From NCBI GenBank assembly GCA_963816145.1, contig CAWFJP010000016.1:50780-114779 (forward strand): DNA of 64,000 nucleotides. The letters run 5' to 3'. The translations under genes and the position numbers were made by a program. Below are positions 63,771-64,000 of the stretch, one piece after another (the stretch's first letter is position 1; the number at the start of each line of letters is the position of its first letter). The stretch comes from an uncultured delta proteobacterium (GTDB taxonomy: Bacteria > Desulfobacterota > Binatia > UBA9968). Under the pieces are notes generated by a model. That model was not told the DNA's origin. It did no database searches and worked only from the letters and a program-made list of their open reading frames with translations.

Positions 63771-64000
63771 AAACGGCTCAGGTATGGCGGTGCTGCGTCA
63801 GGAAAATCTTAAGATAGCGCCAAAAGAAATCTTCCCCGACCAACACAACAGTAAGATGTGGCTCAGTTTGGTTATAGATCCCTCGCTTCGGGATGACAGA
63901 CCACAAAATAGGATGTCATTCCGAGAGGAGCGAGGAATCTTTCTTCATGCGCGAGGTCGCTTCGGATACAAACTAAACGAGGACCCAACAGTATGAGCCC

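Noticed and set aside
1-64000. tRNA, rRNA, prophage or defence-system genes
   Set aside because: None recognised by eye; a covariance-model scan would be needed to exclude small RNAs

Overview
Bacterial chromosome segment with a GC-rich core; the gene style suggests a deltaproteobacterial/Binatia-like organism (inference). Bases 1-14.9 kb hold housekeeping and envelope genes: proC, a ydbH / ynbE-ydbL-like / SH3 operon, mscL, a lytic transglycosylase, an M48 protease, OmpA, glycerate kinase and gluQ. A ~1.7 kb AT-richer insert there sits between two diverged copies of the ydbH-mscL divergent promoter region. From ~15 kb the window is accessory DNA: an IS4, a 5'-truncated glycosyltransferase, an AlkP-family enzyme and a candidate structured leader RNA with terminator. 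A >42 kb single-strand surface-polysaccharide locus follows and runs off the window end. It is led by a NusG-paralog antiterminator, wza and an unusual wzc with 33-aa tandem repeats. It encodes a carbamoylation cassette, NeuB/NeuC/NeuA, an FkbH-VOC-ACP-GNAT-deacetylase acylation module, a CMAH-like metallo-beta-lactamase protein, a glucuronyl C5-epimerase-like protein, a Wzy/O-antigen ligase-like protein, many glycosyl- and methyltransferases, and an IS200. Many genes after ~27 kb carry small indels, most likely assembly errors. All calls come from motif recognition by eye; no database searches were run.
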